In this document: piece after piece, positions 27,280-38,959 of the stretch
Position numbering within the stretch: position 1 is the stretch's first letter
Layout: every line of letters starts with the position of its first letter
Source of the DNA: Octopus sinensis
Taxonomy: Eukaryota
DNA: 64,000 bases
NCBI RefSeq assembly: GCF_006345805.1
Contig: NC_043003.1
Span: 24,614,001 to 24,678,000 of the forward strand
Direction of reading: 5' to 3'
The notes under the pieces: model-generated
Told to the model about the DNA's origin: nothing
What the model saw: the letters and a program-made list of their open reading frames with translations, nothing else
The model's database searches: none
Translations under genes and position numbers: made by a program

Positions 27280-27868
27280 CCTGTGCTGGTGCCATGTAAA
27301 ATGCACACAGTTCACTCTGTGGCATGGTTGGTGTTAGGAAGGGTATCCAGCCCTAAATACTGTGCCAAAACAGACACAGAAGTTTGGTGCAGTCTTCTGT
27401 CTGGTCAGCTTCTGTCAAACCGTCCAACCCATGCCAGCATCAAAGGTGAATGTTAAACGATGATGATGATGGGTTTCTTTCAGTTTTTACCTGCCATATC
27501 CACTCACAAGACTTTAGTTGGACCAGGGCCATAATTGAAGACATTTTCCCAAACGCCAATCTCTTGACCTTGCCTGTGCTGGTGCCATGTAAAAGGCACT
27601 CAATTCACTCTGTGGGGTGGTTGGTGTTAGGAAGGGTATCCAGCCATAAATACTATGCCAAAACCGACACAAAAGTTTGGTGCAGTCTTCTGCCTGGTCA
27701 GCTCCTGTCAAACCGTCAAACCCATTCCAGCATGAAAGGTGAATGTTAAACGATGATGATGATGACAAACGCACACACATATGATGGGTTTCTTTCAGTT
27801 TTTATCTGCCATATCCATTCACAAGACTTTGGTTGGACCAGGGCCATAATTGAAGATATTTTCCCAAG
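27280..27868. repeat. Tandem duplication (~293-bp unit) of a family C(+)/family A(-) chimera
   Basis: cctgtgctggtgccatgtaaaa at 27280 and 27573; the shared diagnostic junction gatgatgggtttctttcagttttta is present in both copies. Confidence 0.85.
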
Positions 27869-28227
27869 GTACCATACAGTGGGACTGAACCCAAAACCAC
27901 ATTGTTGTGAAATGAATTTCTTAACCGCATAGCAATTTCTGCACCTTGCATATATATTTCTGACTCTGCAGACATTCCATATTGCATTTGTCATTTAACT
28001 CTGATCTAGTTGCGACACAACATACAAATCCTACATGTTGTGGAACGTCTTTCAGTTTAACTGCAAGTCATTAGCTTTCGATTTCAGGAGCCAGGTACCT
28101 TTTTGTTGCTATTTCTAGCAGTTTGAGTGACCATGTAGACGTCATCTTGATCGTCTTTAGTTTAGATCCATACAAAGGATGAACTTTCTAGTTCAGGTAT
28201 TTTTTTTTTTTGCTATTTCTAGAGTTG

Positions 28228-28691
28228 GTGGAGGCGTATGGCTTTAGGTGTCAGCATCATGATTGTAAGATTGTGGTTTCAATTCCTGGACCGGGTGATG
28301 CGTTGTGTTCTTGAGCACACGTTGGCCCAGTCCACTCAGCTGGCAAAAATGAGTAACGCTGCAACACATACGCCATTGACACCGGGTCCATGAGCCTGGC
28401 TAGGTTTTAAAAAGGGTGCATTTATTTTAGTGGAGGTGCATGGCTTAGTGGTTAGGGTATCAGCTCCATGATTGTAAGATTGTGGTTTCAATTCCTGGAC
28501 CAGGCAACGCGTTCTGTTCTTGAGCAAAACACTTCATTTCACGTTGCTCCAGTCCACTTAGCTGGCAAAAATGAGTAACGCTGCGATGGACTGGTGTCCT
28601 GTCCAGATGGGGAGTGCATACACCATAGAAACTGGGAAACTGGGCCCATGAGCCTGACTAGGCTTTAAAAGGGTGCATTTAATATTTTTAT
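28228..28691 (+). mobile_element. Dimeric SINE family E with one 14-bp TSD
   Basis: Two monomers, each ending aaaagggtgcattta; flanked by tatttctagagttg at 28214-28227 and 28692-28705. Confidence 0.75.
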
Positions 28692-28789
28692 TATTTCTAG
28701 AGTTGAAGGACCATGTTGGCTCACTCATTCTCTAGGAGACTCAATCATAAGTACCAGTAAGATAACATTGGTGTTGTGTCAGTTAGCTG

Positions 28790-29215
28790 TGCACCTTTTC
28801 TCTTCCAAAGGAAAACGAAAACTACCCCACCTCTTTCGTTGTTGTCATCATTCTTCCCCTCCTCTTCCATCCCCTTCTTATCCTCCCCTCTTCGTCCACT
28901 TACCTCCTTGTCCACCTCCTCCATGCCCGCCCCTCTTCTCATCCTCATCTCTCGTCATCCATCCCTCTCCTCATCCTCTTCGTCCACTCCCTCATGTCCT
29001 ACCCTCTCCTCATCCTATCCCTCCTCTTCCTTCCCCTTCTTGTCCTCACCTTCCTTATCTTTCCTCTTCCTTCCCCATCCTCTTCTTCCTTGCCAGAAGT
29101 AAACTTTTGTTTTATTTGTTTGGGTTTTTTTTCTTTTTTTTTGTCAATTATCTGTTGGTCTTGAATTTAAGTTTCAATCCTTTTCATGTGAATAATAGTG
29201 GTAATGATGATGATG

Positions 29216-29256
<41 letters not shown>

Positions 29257-29650
29257 AGCATATAAGGTTTTAACTTTTTTTAACTACCACCACCAAAAAA
29301 TAACAGAATAAAATCAATTGGATTTCTAGTTTGTTTTTTTTTTGTTTTTCTTTTTTCTTCATTTACTTCCAAACGGCAGCATAGAGTTGATATGAGGGTG
29401 TTTTTGTTCATAATTCTTCACTTCCTTTCATTCTCTTTCTTTCTCTTCCTCTTGTTCTCTTTCACTTTTGTTTCTTCTCATTTCCTTCATTAAACTATAT
29501 TCCATTTCCAATATTTAACATTTAGCATTTTCCCCACTAACCCCTTTCGTCTCGGTCACCCCACGTCCGACCCCCTACCCTTATCCTCCCCCTTCTCCTC
29601 GCTTTCTCATTCTGCCTTTCTTCCTTTCTGTCTTTCTTGCCCTCCTCTCT

Positions 29651-29687
<37 letters not shown>

Positions 29688-30253
29688 TGTACACACATTC
29701 CACTTCTGTCTTTGCTATACACACACTGTCTTTCTCTTCATATACACACTTCGTCTCTCACTCACTGTGCTATATACACATACTATACTATATGCACTCA
29801 CTCTCTCTTTTTCTCTTGCTCTCCCACACAGTCTATCTCTCTCACCACCATACATTACTCTCTCCACATCACATGTAGTCTCTCTCTCTCTCACCCATAC
29901 AGTCCATCTCTCTTTCTCTCTACATCACATACAGTCTCTCTCTCTCTCTCTCTACTTCAATACAGTCTCTCTTTCTCTTTCTACCACACACACACAATCT
30001 CCTCCACCACACAATCCATCTTTCTGTCTCTCCCACACACAGTCCAATTCTCTCTTTCTCTCTCTCTCCACAGCACATACTCTCTCTTTCTTTCTCTCTC
30101 TCTCTCTCCAGCACATACCTGATGTCTCTCCCTACACACACAATCTCTCTCTTTCCTTCATATACACTCCACCCCTCTGCACCATGCATCTTCCATACAC
30201 TATTCCCCACTGCCACCCTCACCTTCCACATACACACATAATCTTTTCCTCCT

Positions 30254-30289
<36 letters not shown>

Positions 30290-30290
30290 C
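28790..30290. repeat. Pyrimidine-rich low-complexity tract with (TAT)n, (CT)n/(CA)n mosaic and (AT)n
   Basis: Very little G on the + strand over long stretches; read directly. Confidence 0.9.
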
Positions 30291-30559
30291 TAAACTATCT
30301 ATCATTAAGTAACCAAGCTGAAGAAAACCATCTTCAATTCTTATAGAATTCAGTCCAATGTCTTGGAGATAACTCCTGTTTATTCTATCAATCACTGTTT
30401 CACACTATTCTCCATTATCTGCAGAAGCAAGAGACTCATTATTCTTGTTATCTAATTCCTCATCAGTCATTATAAGGAACTGAATTTTCTTTCTTTCTTT
30501 CGTTTGTTTTATTTCTTTTTTTTTTTTTGTAGTGATGGATGTGTATGTTTATATATACA

Positions 30560-30578
30560 TACACATACACATCATCAT

Positions 30579-30609
<31 letters not shown>

Positions 30610-31430
30610 TATATATATATGTGTATGTATGTATACATATATATATATATATATATATACGTGTGTATGTATACATATATGGATATATGTATGTGTATAT
30701 GTATACATATATGGATATATATATATATATGTGTGTATATGTATACAGATATAGATATATGTGTGTATATGTATAAATAAATATATATATATGTGTATGT
30801 ATACATATATGGAGATATATATATATACATACATATGTATACATATATGGATATGTATATATATTATATATATATATATATATATATGGATATGTATATA
30901 TATATATGGATATGTATATATATATATATATGTATACATATATGGATATGTATATATATCTATATGTATACATATATGGATATGTATATATATGGATATG
31001 TATATATATATATGGATATGTATATATATATATATATATGTATACATATATGGATATGTATATATATCTATATGTATACATATATGGATATGTATATATA
31101 TCTATATGTATACATATATGGATATGTGTATGTATACATATATGGATATATATGTATAGATATGGATATATATGTATAGATATGTATACATATATGGATA
31201 TATATGTATACATATATGGATATATATGTATAGATATGTATACATATATGGATATATATGTATACATATATGGATATATATGTATACATATATGGATATA
31301 TATGTATACATATATGGATGTATATATATGTATACATATATGGATATATATATGTATGTATATGGATACATATATACATAAACATCTGTATACATATATA
31401 TACACATAGATTTATTTATATATAAAATCT
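30560..31430. repeat. (AT)n-derived minisatellite with palindromic core ATATATGTATACATATAT plus GGAT spacer
   Basis: Recurrent atgtatacatatatggat units of ~20-34 bp. Confidence 0.95.
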
Positions 31431-31842
31431 ATAGATATAGACATACTGAAATATTTTCCCTTCAATTGTTTGCTTTTGGGTGTGTTTTTTTTTTTTTGTT
31501 TTGTTTTTTGTCAATGTTTGTATTACATCTAGATAAAATTCTGTTGAATTTGCCATTATATTGTGGCCCTAGGTCTCAATAAATTATTAATACTTAACAA
31601 TTGAATAGGTTTTTTTTTTGGTTTATTATTTTTCAAAAAACAAAAACCCATTTGCATGAAAAGTTCATAGGCAAATATCCAAAATTAAACAAATTCTATG
31701 CAAGCAGTTTGAAAACTTAAAAACAGAGATAACTAAAAGAGAAAAAAAAAACAGCTGGAATTTAACATTTTCCACATTGGACTGTGTTGGTTCTATGAGG
31801 CAAAACTTCTTGCTTTAAAATTTTCATATCACAAAAGTGCCG

Positions 31843-32110
31843 GCCGATGTGGTTACAGTGTTTCACTCGTTATCCTGAAGTCGTGGGTTCAATTCTTGTT
31901 CCAGACAGTGCATTGTGTCCTTGAGCGAGGTACTTCATTCCATGTTGGTCCAGTTTACTCAGTTTATTGGTTTTTCTTCCAGCTCTTTACATTCTGTGGG
32001 CAAATTCCATCAAATAAAGTATCAGTCAAGAACTGGTGTCTTGTGTATCAATTAACTCACCTTCTCAATTGCTGGCCTTGTTCCAAAATTGAAAACCATC
32101 ATTATTATTA
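31843..32110 (+). mobile_element. tRNA-headed SINE with (ATT)n tail
   Basis: gtgggttcaattc B-box, tgtgtccttgagc block, aaataaagtatcagtcaag tail block. Confidence 0.6.
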
Positions 32111-32161
32111 TTTACATTATTTACATTCGATGGATATTTGCCCCTTATCTTGTTTGTTGTT

Positions 32162-32207
32162 AACACAGTGTTTCGGCTGATATACCTTCCAGCCTTCTTC
32201 AGGTGTC
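32162..32207 (-). ncRNA. Minimal type I hammerhead ribozyme (Penelope/retrozyme type), degenerate cleavage triplet
   Basis: Minus strand: GACAC-CUGAAGA-A-GGCUG(GAAGGUAUAU)CAGCC-GAAA-CACU-GUGUU. Stem I is GACAC/GUGUU and stem II is 5 bp. The triplet reads ACU rather than GUH. Confidence 0.75.
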
Positions 32208-32281
32208 TTAAGGAAATTTCAAACCTGGGTTCTCATTCCTAAGGTATTTTTCAATGTTATTATTACTATTTTTATTGTTCA

Positions 32282-32353
32282 GGTCACTGCTTGGAATCGA
32301 ACTCGGAATCTTGGGGTTAGAAGCCCGTGCTCTTAACCACTACGCCATATGTC
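32282..32353 (-). promoter_or_regulatory. tRNA-derived Pol III type-2 promoter (pseudo-tRNA)
   Basis: A-box TGGCGTAGTGG and B-box GAGTTCGATTCC at tRNA spacing. Acceptor and anticodon stems do not pair, so it is not a functional tRNA. Confidence 0.75.
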
Positions 32354-33299
32354 CGTGGAATGTAAATAATGTACATAATCCCTCATCTCTTAAATAAAGA
32401 ACTGCATCAGTATTATTATTATTATCAGCTAGCAGAATCATTACTGCACTGAACAAATCTCTCCCTCTTTCTCTCTCTCTCTCTCTTTCTCTTTCTCTCC
32501 CTCTTTCTCTCTCTGCCACACATGCATCCTTTCTTTCCTGCTCACACAACTTCCCTCTCTAACACACACCTGATACCTCTCCCTACTAGCCAAGGAACTG
32601 GTGCAGCCCTCCTTTTCCTTCCAGCTGCCACATCCTGGATGTCCAACTAGTCCAGGATGAGGGTACCAAAAGGTGCTCACACCTGCATAGGCACCTAAAA
32701 CATTAGCAAAAGCATGGTACATGTTGCCAATCCATATTTGACTTCTGGCTTATGTTTTTGATTTAAAATAAAACCTTTCGTTAATTTATAAAAGAAGATT
32801 TATTTTCTAATTAAATACTCTGTGTGTGCTTATTATAAATCAACATTGATTTATAATGAAAGTTGTATTTAACCCCTTCCAAATTCTTGATTAGTTTTAA
32901 AATTACTTAAGACACAAAGTATTTAACAAGAAAAACGATCATGCAAGGTTTAAGCATTATCATGCCTATTCAAGACCTAAACAATAAACTGGCCCACTGA
33001 GTCGACATAAATCACATATTTATCTCCTGCTAGGTGACAGCATGACTAATTGCTCTACAGAGCACCTGCCACTCTCTCTTTTCAAATAGATGCTATAAAT
33101 ATTTCCTCTATTTTGACTGCACTATTTTATCAACACAAAATAATTTATCTGCCACCTAGCAGGAAAGGCTGTTCGACTAACATCTGACATGGCTAGGTGT
33201 CCCGCCTCAGTTCAATGTTTTATGTTGAAAAACAAAAAAAGAAGAAACCATGAATTAAATTAGAATGGAAATTATATTAAATTGTAATACCTTTTTCTT

Positions 33300-34020
33300 T
33301 ATTTTTATCTTTTACTTGTTTCCTGATATTAGACTGGTTATATTGGGATACTGCCTTGAAGGATTTAGTCAAACAAATCACCACCACCACCACCACCCCA
33401 GTTCTTATTTTCTAAGTCTGTTACTTATTCTATCAGTTTCTTTTGCCAAACCACTAAGCAAACCAACGCCAGTTGTCAAGCAGTGACACACACAAACACA
33501 TACACACACATATATATTTCTTTACTACCCACAAGGAGCTAAACACAGAGGGGACAAACAAGGACAGACAAACAGATTAAGTCGATTATATCGACCCCAG
33601 TGTGTAACTGGTATTTAATTTATCGACCCCGAAAGGATGAAAGGCAAAGTCGGCCTCGGCAGAATTTGAACTCAGAATGTAACGGCAGACCAAATACTGC
33701 TAAGCATTTCGCCCGGCGCGCTAATGTTTCTGCCAGCTCTCCGCCTTCAACACACACACATATATATGACTGGCTTCTTTCAGTTTTCGTCTACCAAATC
33801 CAATTACAAAGACGCTCACACATATATATATGGAAGAGAGAGTGTGTCTGCATTGAACTAATACTTTTTTTTTCCATCTACCAAATTCACTCACAAGACA
33901 TTATTTAAGCTGGGTTGTAGTAGAAGACACTTGCCTAAGATGCTGTGCAGTGAAATAGAACCTGAAACCACATGGTTGCAAAACAAGCTTCTTAACCACA
34001 CAGCCATGCCTGTGCCTACG
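33300..34020 (-). mobile_element. SINE A interrupted by a young SINE B (33525-33748) in its (CA)n tract
   Basis: acacacacatatatat flanks the SINE B on both sides. Confidence 0.75.
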
Positions 34021-34767
34021 CCTATAATAAACACTAGTCTTAGACAGAAAAGACTGACACTCTCTAATTGGTGTTTATAAATGTCTAGTTTCATTAAAAT
34101 CTTTAGAGGTTAAATTCATAGAGAATTCAGTATGTCGAGAAAATGATGGAGTTGTTTGTTGGAAACCATAATTTGATGTTTACAATGAAGACAAATGTAC
34201 ATAGGAGATGGACACCGATGAAGGAATGTGCCAAAGGCAGAAGTGAAGTATGGCACAGTGGGGGAGATAGCACAAAGAAAACTTTCGGACAAGATAGTTA
34301 ATCCAGCCTGAAGTCAGATTCGCTGGTCAGACAGTGTTTGTATTCAAAGGTTAATTGGTAAGTGTGTGTGTGTAGATGTGTAGAACCATCCTGTGTAACT
34401 TAAAACGAGGGGAAATATCAAATGGAAGACAGTAAAAACATTGCACTACTGGTGATGATGATGATTATGATGATGATGGTGGTGGTGGTGATGAAAGGCT
34501 TGTTGGTGGCCAGTGGTTTGTGTGTTTGGCTCACAGTCATAATGTTGTGGTTCAGTTCTGGACTAGGTGCTGCTTTGTGTCCTTGTGGTTTTTCTGCTGT
34601 TTTTTACGTTCTGAATTCAAATGCTCCCGTGGTCAACTTCGCTTTTCATCCTTCAAGGATTGACAAAATAAAGTACCAGTCAGGTACTGGGGTTGATTTA
34701 ATCTACTAACTCCCTCCTCCCACTAAAATTATTGTCTTACTGCCAAAATTTGAAGAAATATTGCTAT

Positions 34768-34933
34768 AGGCGCAGGAGTGGCTGTGTGGTAAGTATCTTG
34801 CTTACCATCCACATGGTTCCGGGTTCGTTCCCAATGCGTGGCACCTTGGGCAAGTGTCTTCCACTATAGCCTCGGGCCAACCAAAGCCTTGTGAGTGGAT
34901 TTGGTAGATGGAAACTGAAAGAAGCCTGTCATA

Positions 34934-34991
<58 letters not shown>

Positions 34992-35205
34992 TGTGTGTGT
35001 GTATGTTTGTGTGTCTGTGTTTGTCCCACCATCGCTTGACAACCGATGGTTGTGTGTTTACATTCCCGTAACTTAGCAGTTCGGCAAAAGAGACTGATAG
35101 AATAAGTACTAGGCTTCCAAAGATTAAGTCCTGGGGTCGATTTGCTCGACTGAAGGTGGTGCTCCAGCATGTCCACAGTCAAATGACTGAAACAAGTAAA
35201 AGAGT
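34768..35205 (+). mobile_element. Full-length SINE family A
   Basis: ggcgcaggagtggctgtgtggtaag head, gggttcgttccc B-box, (AT)n/(GT)n middle, tail ending gaaacaagtaaaagag. Confidence 0.9.
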
Positions 35206-35279
35206 ATTGTTGTTGTTTTGTGCTCCTGTTTCCTTTTGAGTCCTTTCTTTGTTTTTGTTTTGGCTAATAAAGAAATTAT

Positions 35280-36160
35280 TATTATTCTTTTCTACTCTAG
35301 GCACAAGGGCTGAAATTTTGGAGGAGGGGGCCAGTCAACTAGATCGACCCCAAAAGGATGAAAGGCAAGGTCGACCTTGGCGGAATTTTGGACTCACAAC
35401 ATAAAGACAGACAAAATACCACCAAGCATTTCACCCGGCATGCTAACATTTCTGCCAGCTCACCACCTTAAAGAAATTATTATTATTATTATTGTTATTG
35501 TTATTATTAAGGTGGTGAACTGGCAGAATCATTAGCACACCCAGTATCTCACCCATCGCTGCGTTCTGAGTTCAAATTCCACCAAGGTTGACTTTGCCTT
35601 TCATCCTTTCGGGGTCGATGAAATAAGTACCAGTTAAGTGCTGGGGTCGATGTAATGAACTAGCTCCCTTCCTAAAACATTTTCAAGGCCTTGTGCCTAG
35701 AGTAGAAGTAACTATTATTATGATTATTATTATTATTATTAAGGCAGCAAGCTATCAAAATTCATAGCCCATCAGACGAAATGCTTAGCAGCATTTCTTT
35801 TGTCTCTTTACATCCTGAGTTCAAAAACCAGCAAGGTCAACTTAGCCTTTCATTTTTTCAAGGTTGTTAAAATAAAGTATCAGTCAAGTACTGAGGTCAG
35901 TGTATACTGACTAGCTCCACACCCATCCACCCCCACCCCACCACTCCTCCAAAATTTAAGGCCTTACTATTAAAATGACGTTAGCATATCAGACATGTAT
36001 TTCTTCTGGCCCAGTATTTTCCAAGTTCAAGTCCCTTTGAGGTTTTGTTTGCCCTCCATCTCCTCAGGGCTGATAAAATAATGTACCAGCCAAGTATTAG
36101 AATTGATGGTATCAACTAATTTCTTTTCTTCAAAATTGTGGCCTTATTCTTAAATCAGAA
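35280..36160. mobile_element. Cluster of SINE B copies (one minus, three plus) joined by (ATT)n
   Basis: Repeated family-B modules. Confidence 0.8.
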
Positions 36161-36250
36161 AGCATTATATTCTAGTGTATCATTCCATTACAATAGTTGG
36201 TGAAGGAATTATATGGTATCATTTCTAGCATGTGAAGCAGCCACATAGAG

Positions 36251-36700
36251 CAGGGGTCCCCAACCAACAGACGATGGATCATTTGGTACTGGGCTCCACA
36301 GAAAGAATAAGTTTTTGAATCTTATTTCTATTTTATTGACTATCATAGTCTGCAGGCGGTTTCTCATTATATATGTTTTATATATGTAATTATGGCTTCT
36401 AGCTTTGGCACAAGAGGGGGTGGGTAAGTTGATAAAATCGACGTCAGTGCTCAGCTGTTACTTATCTTAATTGACCCAAGAAGTATGAAAAGCAGAATTT
36501 GAACTCAGAACATAAAGATGGACAAAGTACTACTAAGCCTTTTGCCCGGCATGCAAACAACTCTGTCAGTTTTCCACCTTAATGAAGTTATATATTATAG
36601 GCTTTTATTGTGTTTTGTTATGTGTGTGGTTCCTGCAGTGTAAGGGAAAATTGTTTTGTATTAAACTGATCCATGATCCATAAAAGGTTAGGGACTGCTG
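36251..36700. mobile_element. hAT-type MITE with a nested SINE B fragment
   Basis: Imperfect TIR caggggtccccaacc / ggttagggactgctg. Confidence 0.5.
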
Positions 36701-37494
36701 ACATGGAGACTCTGTCATTGACACAGTTAGGAAGAAGATGTAAGACACAGAAAGAGATGATGTAAGAGTGAAAGATAGGAAAATATAGGTTTACAGAAAT
36801 GATAGCAAGAGCAAATTAGAAGGGGTTGTGTGTAAAAGAGCAGATTATTAGAAGGAAAGAAGGTTGAGAGAAAATAAAAAGGAGCCATGCTAGTCAATGG
36901 AGTAGGGAACATGAAAGGGAAGAAGAGACAATAAAAAAAAAAGTGGTGCAGAGAAATAAAAGAATAAAGCTGGGTTATTTATAATGAATAATAATAGTCC
37001 TGGTATCCCTTGTTCTGGTAATGAATTTATCCCTCCAGAAAGAATTTCTTATAATCAATAATGGTGATGATGATGGTGACATGGATAAAACAAACATACC
37101 AGTAGTACAAAAATAAATATTCTTTCTTTTTGTGAGAAACTTAGGAGATCATACATAGTGACTCTGATCATCTGATTGAACAATAATGTTTTGTTTTGTT
37201 ATTTTTGTTTACATAATAAACTTGTATACCATAACCAGTGCTGTAGTAACAGCACTGGAAGTCATTGATAATGCTTTTGTAATTGTGTGAAATAAAATGG
37301 GATTCTTATAGTTCCTCCTATTATATCTCCCATTATACCATCTCCACTAACTGCAGGGGAAAACAAACACTAAACAATTTAATGTTCATAGATGTTTGTC
37401 CTAGTTTTGAGATTATCATGGGGGAGGGGACTATTTTTTTAAATATTTTTTTATTATTTTTTTATTGTACTTTCAAGCTTAGAATTCTGTATAC

Positions 37495-37592
37495 TTTCAA
37501 AGAGACATTTTTTATCATTGCCAGTAATAGTAATAATAATAATGATAATAATAACAATTATAATAATAACAACAACAACAACAATAATAATA

Positions 37593-37623
<31 letters not shown>

Positions 37624-38922
37624 GCTTTCTACTAAATGCACAAGGCCTGAAATTTAGGGGAGGAGGAAAGTCGATTACATCAGCCCTAATAGTTTCTGCC
37701 ATAGACACAAGGCCAGCAATTTTTGGTAGGGGTGGAGTAAGTCAATTATATCAACCCCAGTGTTCAACTGGTACTTATTTTATCAACCCTGAAAGGATGA
37801 AAGACAAAGTCAACCTCAGCAGAATTTGAACCCAGAATGTAAAAATGGACAAAATACCACTAAATGTTTTGCCTGTCTGTCTACCTTATATAATCTACTA
37901 TAATAATACTCTTGTGTTGTTTTTTCTCTGTTACAACATATGAATGAGAAAGGAAGGGGTGATGGCAAACAGATAGTGGGATGATGGAAATTCTACAGTG
38001 AAAAAAACAATCAAACAGTGTTTCAACTATGTGTGTGTATGTAAAAGAGAGGTATGTGAATGTGTCTGTGTGTGCAAAATGGAAGTGGAATGATGAACAT
38101 TCAATGCTGAAAAGAAAAATCAAACAGCATTTCAACTCTGTGTGAGTATGTGTGTGTATGTCTGTGCATGTACAAGGGAGGTATGTGAATATATGTGTGA
38201 ACCAGCATTCTTTCAGTAACAAACAATGATTGATGTCACATCTCAAAAGACAACCACTAGATAACATTGACAAGTGTAATTTGATTTACCATCTGTATTA
38301 TATCTGTTTTGTTAAAAATAATTATTACAATCGCACACACCTACACAAACATATACATATACAAACTCATTTGAGAAAATAATTATTGTCTGAGTGTATC
38401 AAGAATATAAAATAATTGCAGTTGAAAGGTATATTATAAATTTGGTAATTAAAGAATTATTAAACTAAAAACTTGGTTTTGTACCTTATATATATGTAAA
38501 ATACTACAATTATCTTATTTATATGTAAAATACTACAATATGTACTTTATATGTAAATGTAGGCATAGGAGTGGCTGTGTGGTAAGTAGCTTGCTTATCA
38601 ACCACATGGTTCCAGGTTCAGTCCCACTGCATGGCACCTTGGTCAAGTGTTTTCTCACGCCAACCAAAGCCTTGTGAGTGATTTGGTAGACGGAAACTGA
38701 AAGAAGCCCGTTGTATCTATATGTGTGTGTGTGTGTTTTTGAGTCTGTGTTTGTCCCACTATCGCTTGACAACCGATGCTGGTGTGTTTACATCCCCGTA
38801 ACTTAGCGGTTCGGCAAAAGAGACTGATAGAATAAGTATAGGCTTCAAAGAGCTTTTTTATCATTGCCAGTAATAGTAATAATAATAATGATAATAATAA
38901 CAATTATAATAATAACAACAAC

Positions 38923-38959
<37 letters not shown>

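Larger units (their letters stand above)
32113..32373 (-). mobile_element. tRNA-head + hammerhead ribozyme element bounded by 16-bp inverted repeats
   Basis: tacattatttacattc (32113-32128) / gaatgtaaataatgta (32358-32373); contains the pseudo-tRNA and HHR listed below. Confidence 0.75.

Noticed and set aside
28728-28748. 21-nt microexon candidate
   Set aside because: Sequence is a decayed SINE B aagtaccag block.
28768-29256. Pro/Ser-rich ORFs
   Set aside because: Product of the CT-rich low-complexity tract.
30463-31409. Many long Y/I/M/H/C-rich ORFs (up to 275 aa)
   Set aside because: Translations of the (AT)-derived satellite; the same applies to ORFs at 62446-62927, 29637-30312 and 25877-26250.
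32282-32353. tRNA gene (apparent TCT anticodon)
   Set aside because: Acceptor and anticodon stems do not pair; it is an element head. The same holds for the tRNA-like heads at 45836, 31843, 28435 and 16108.
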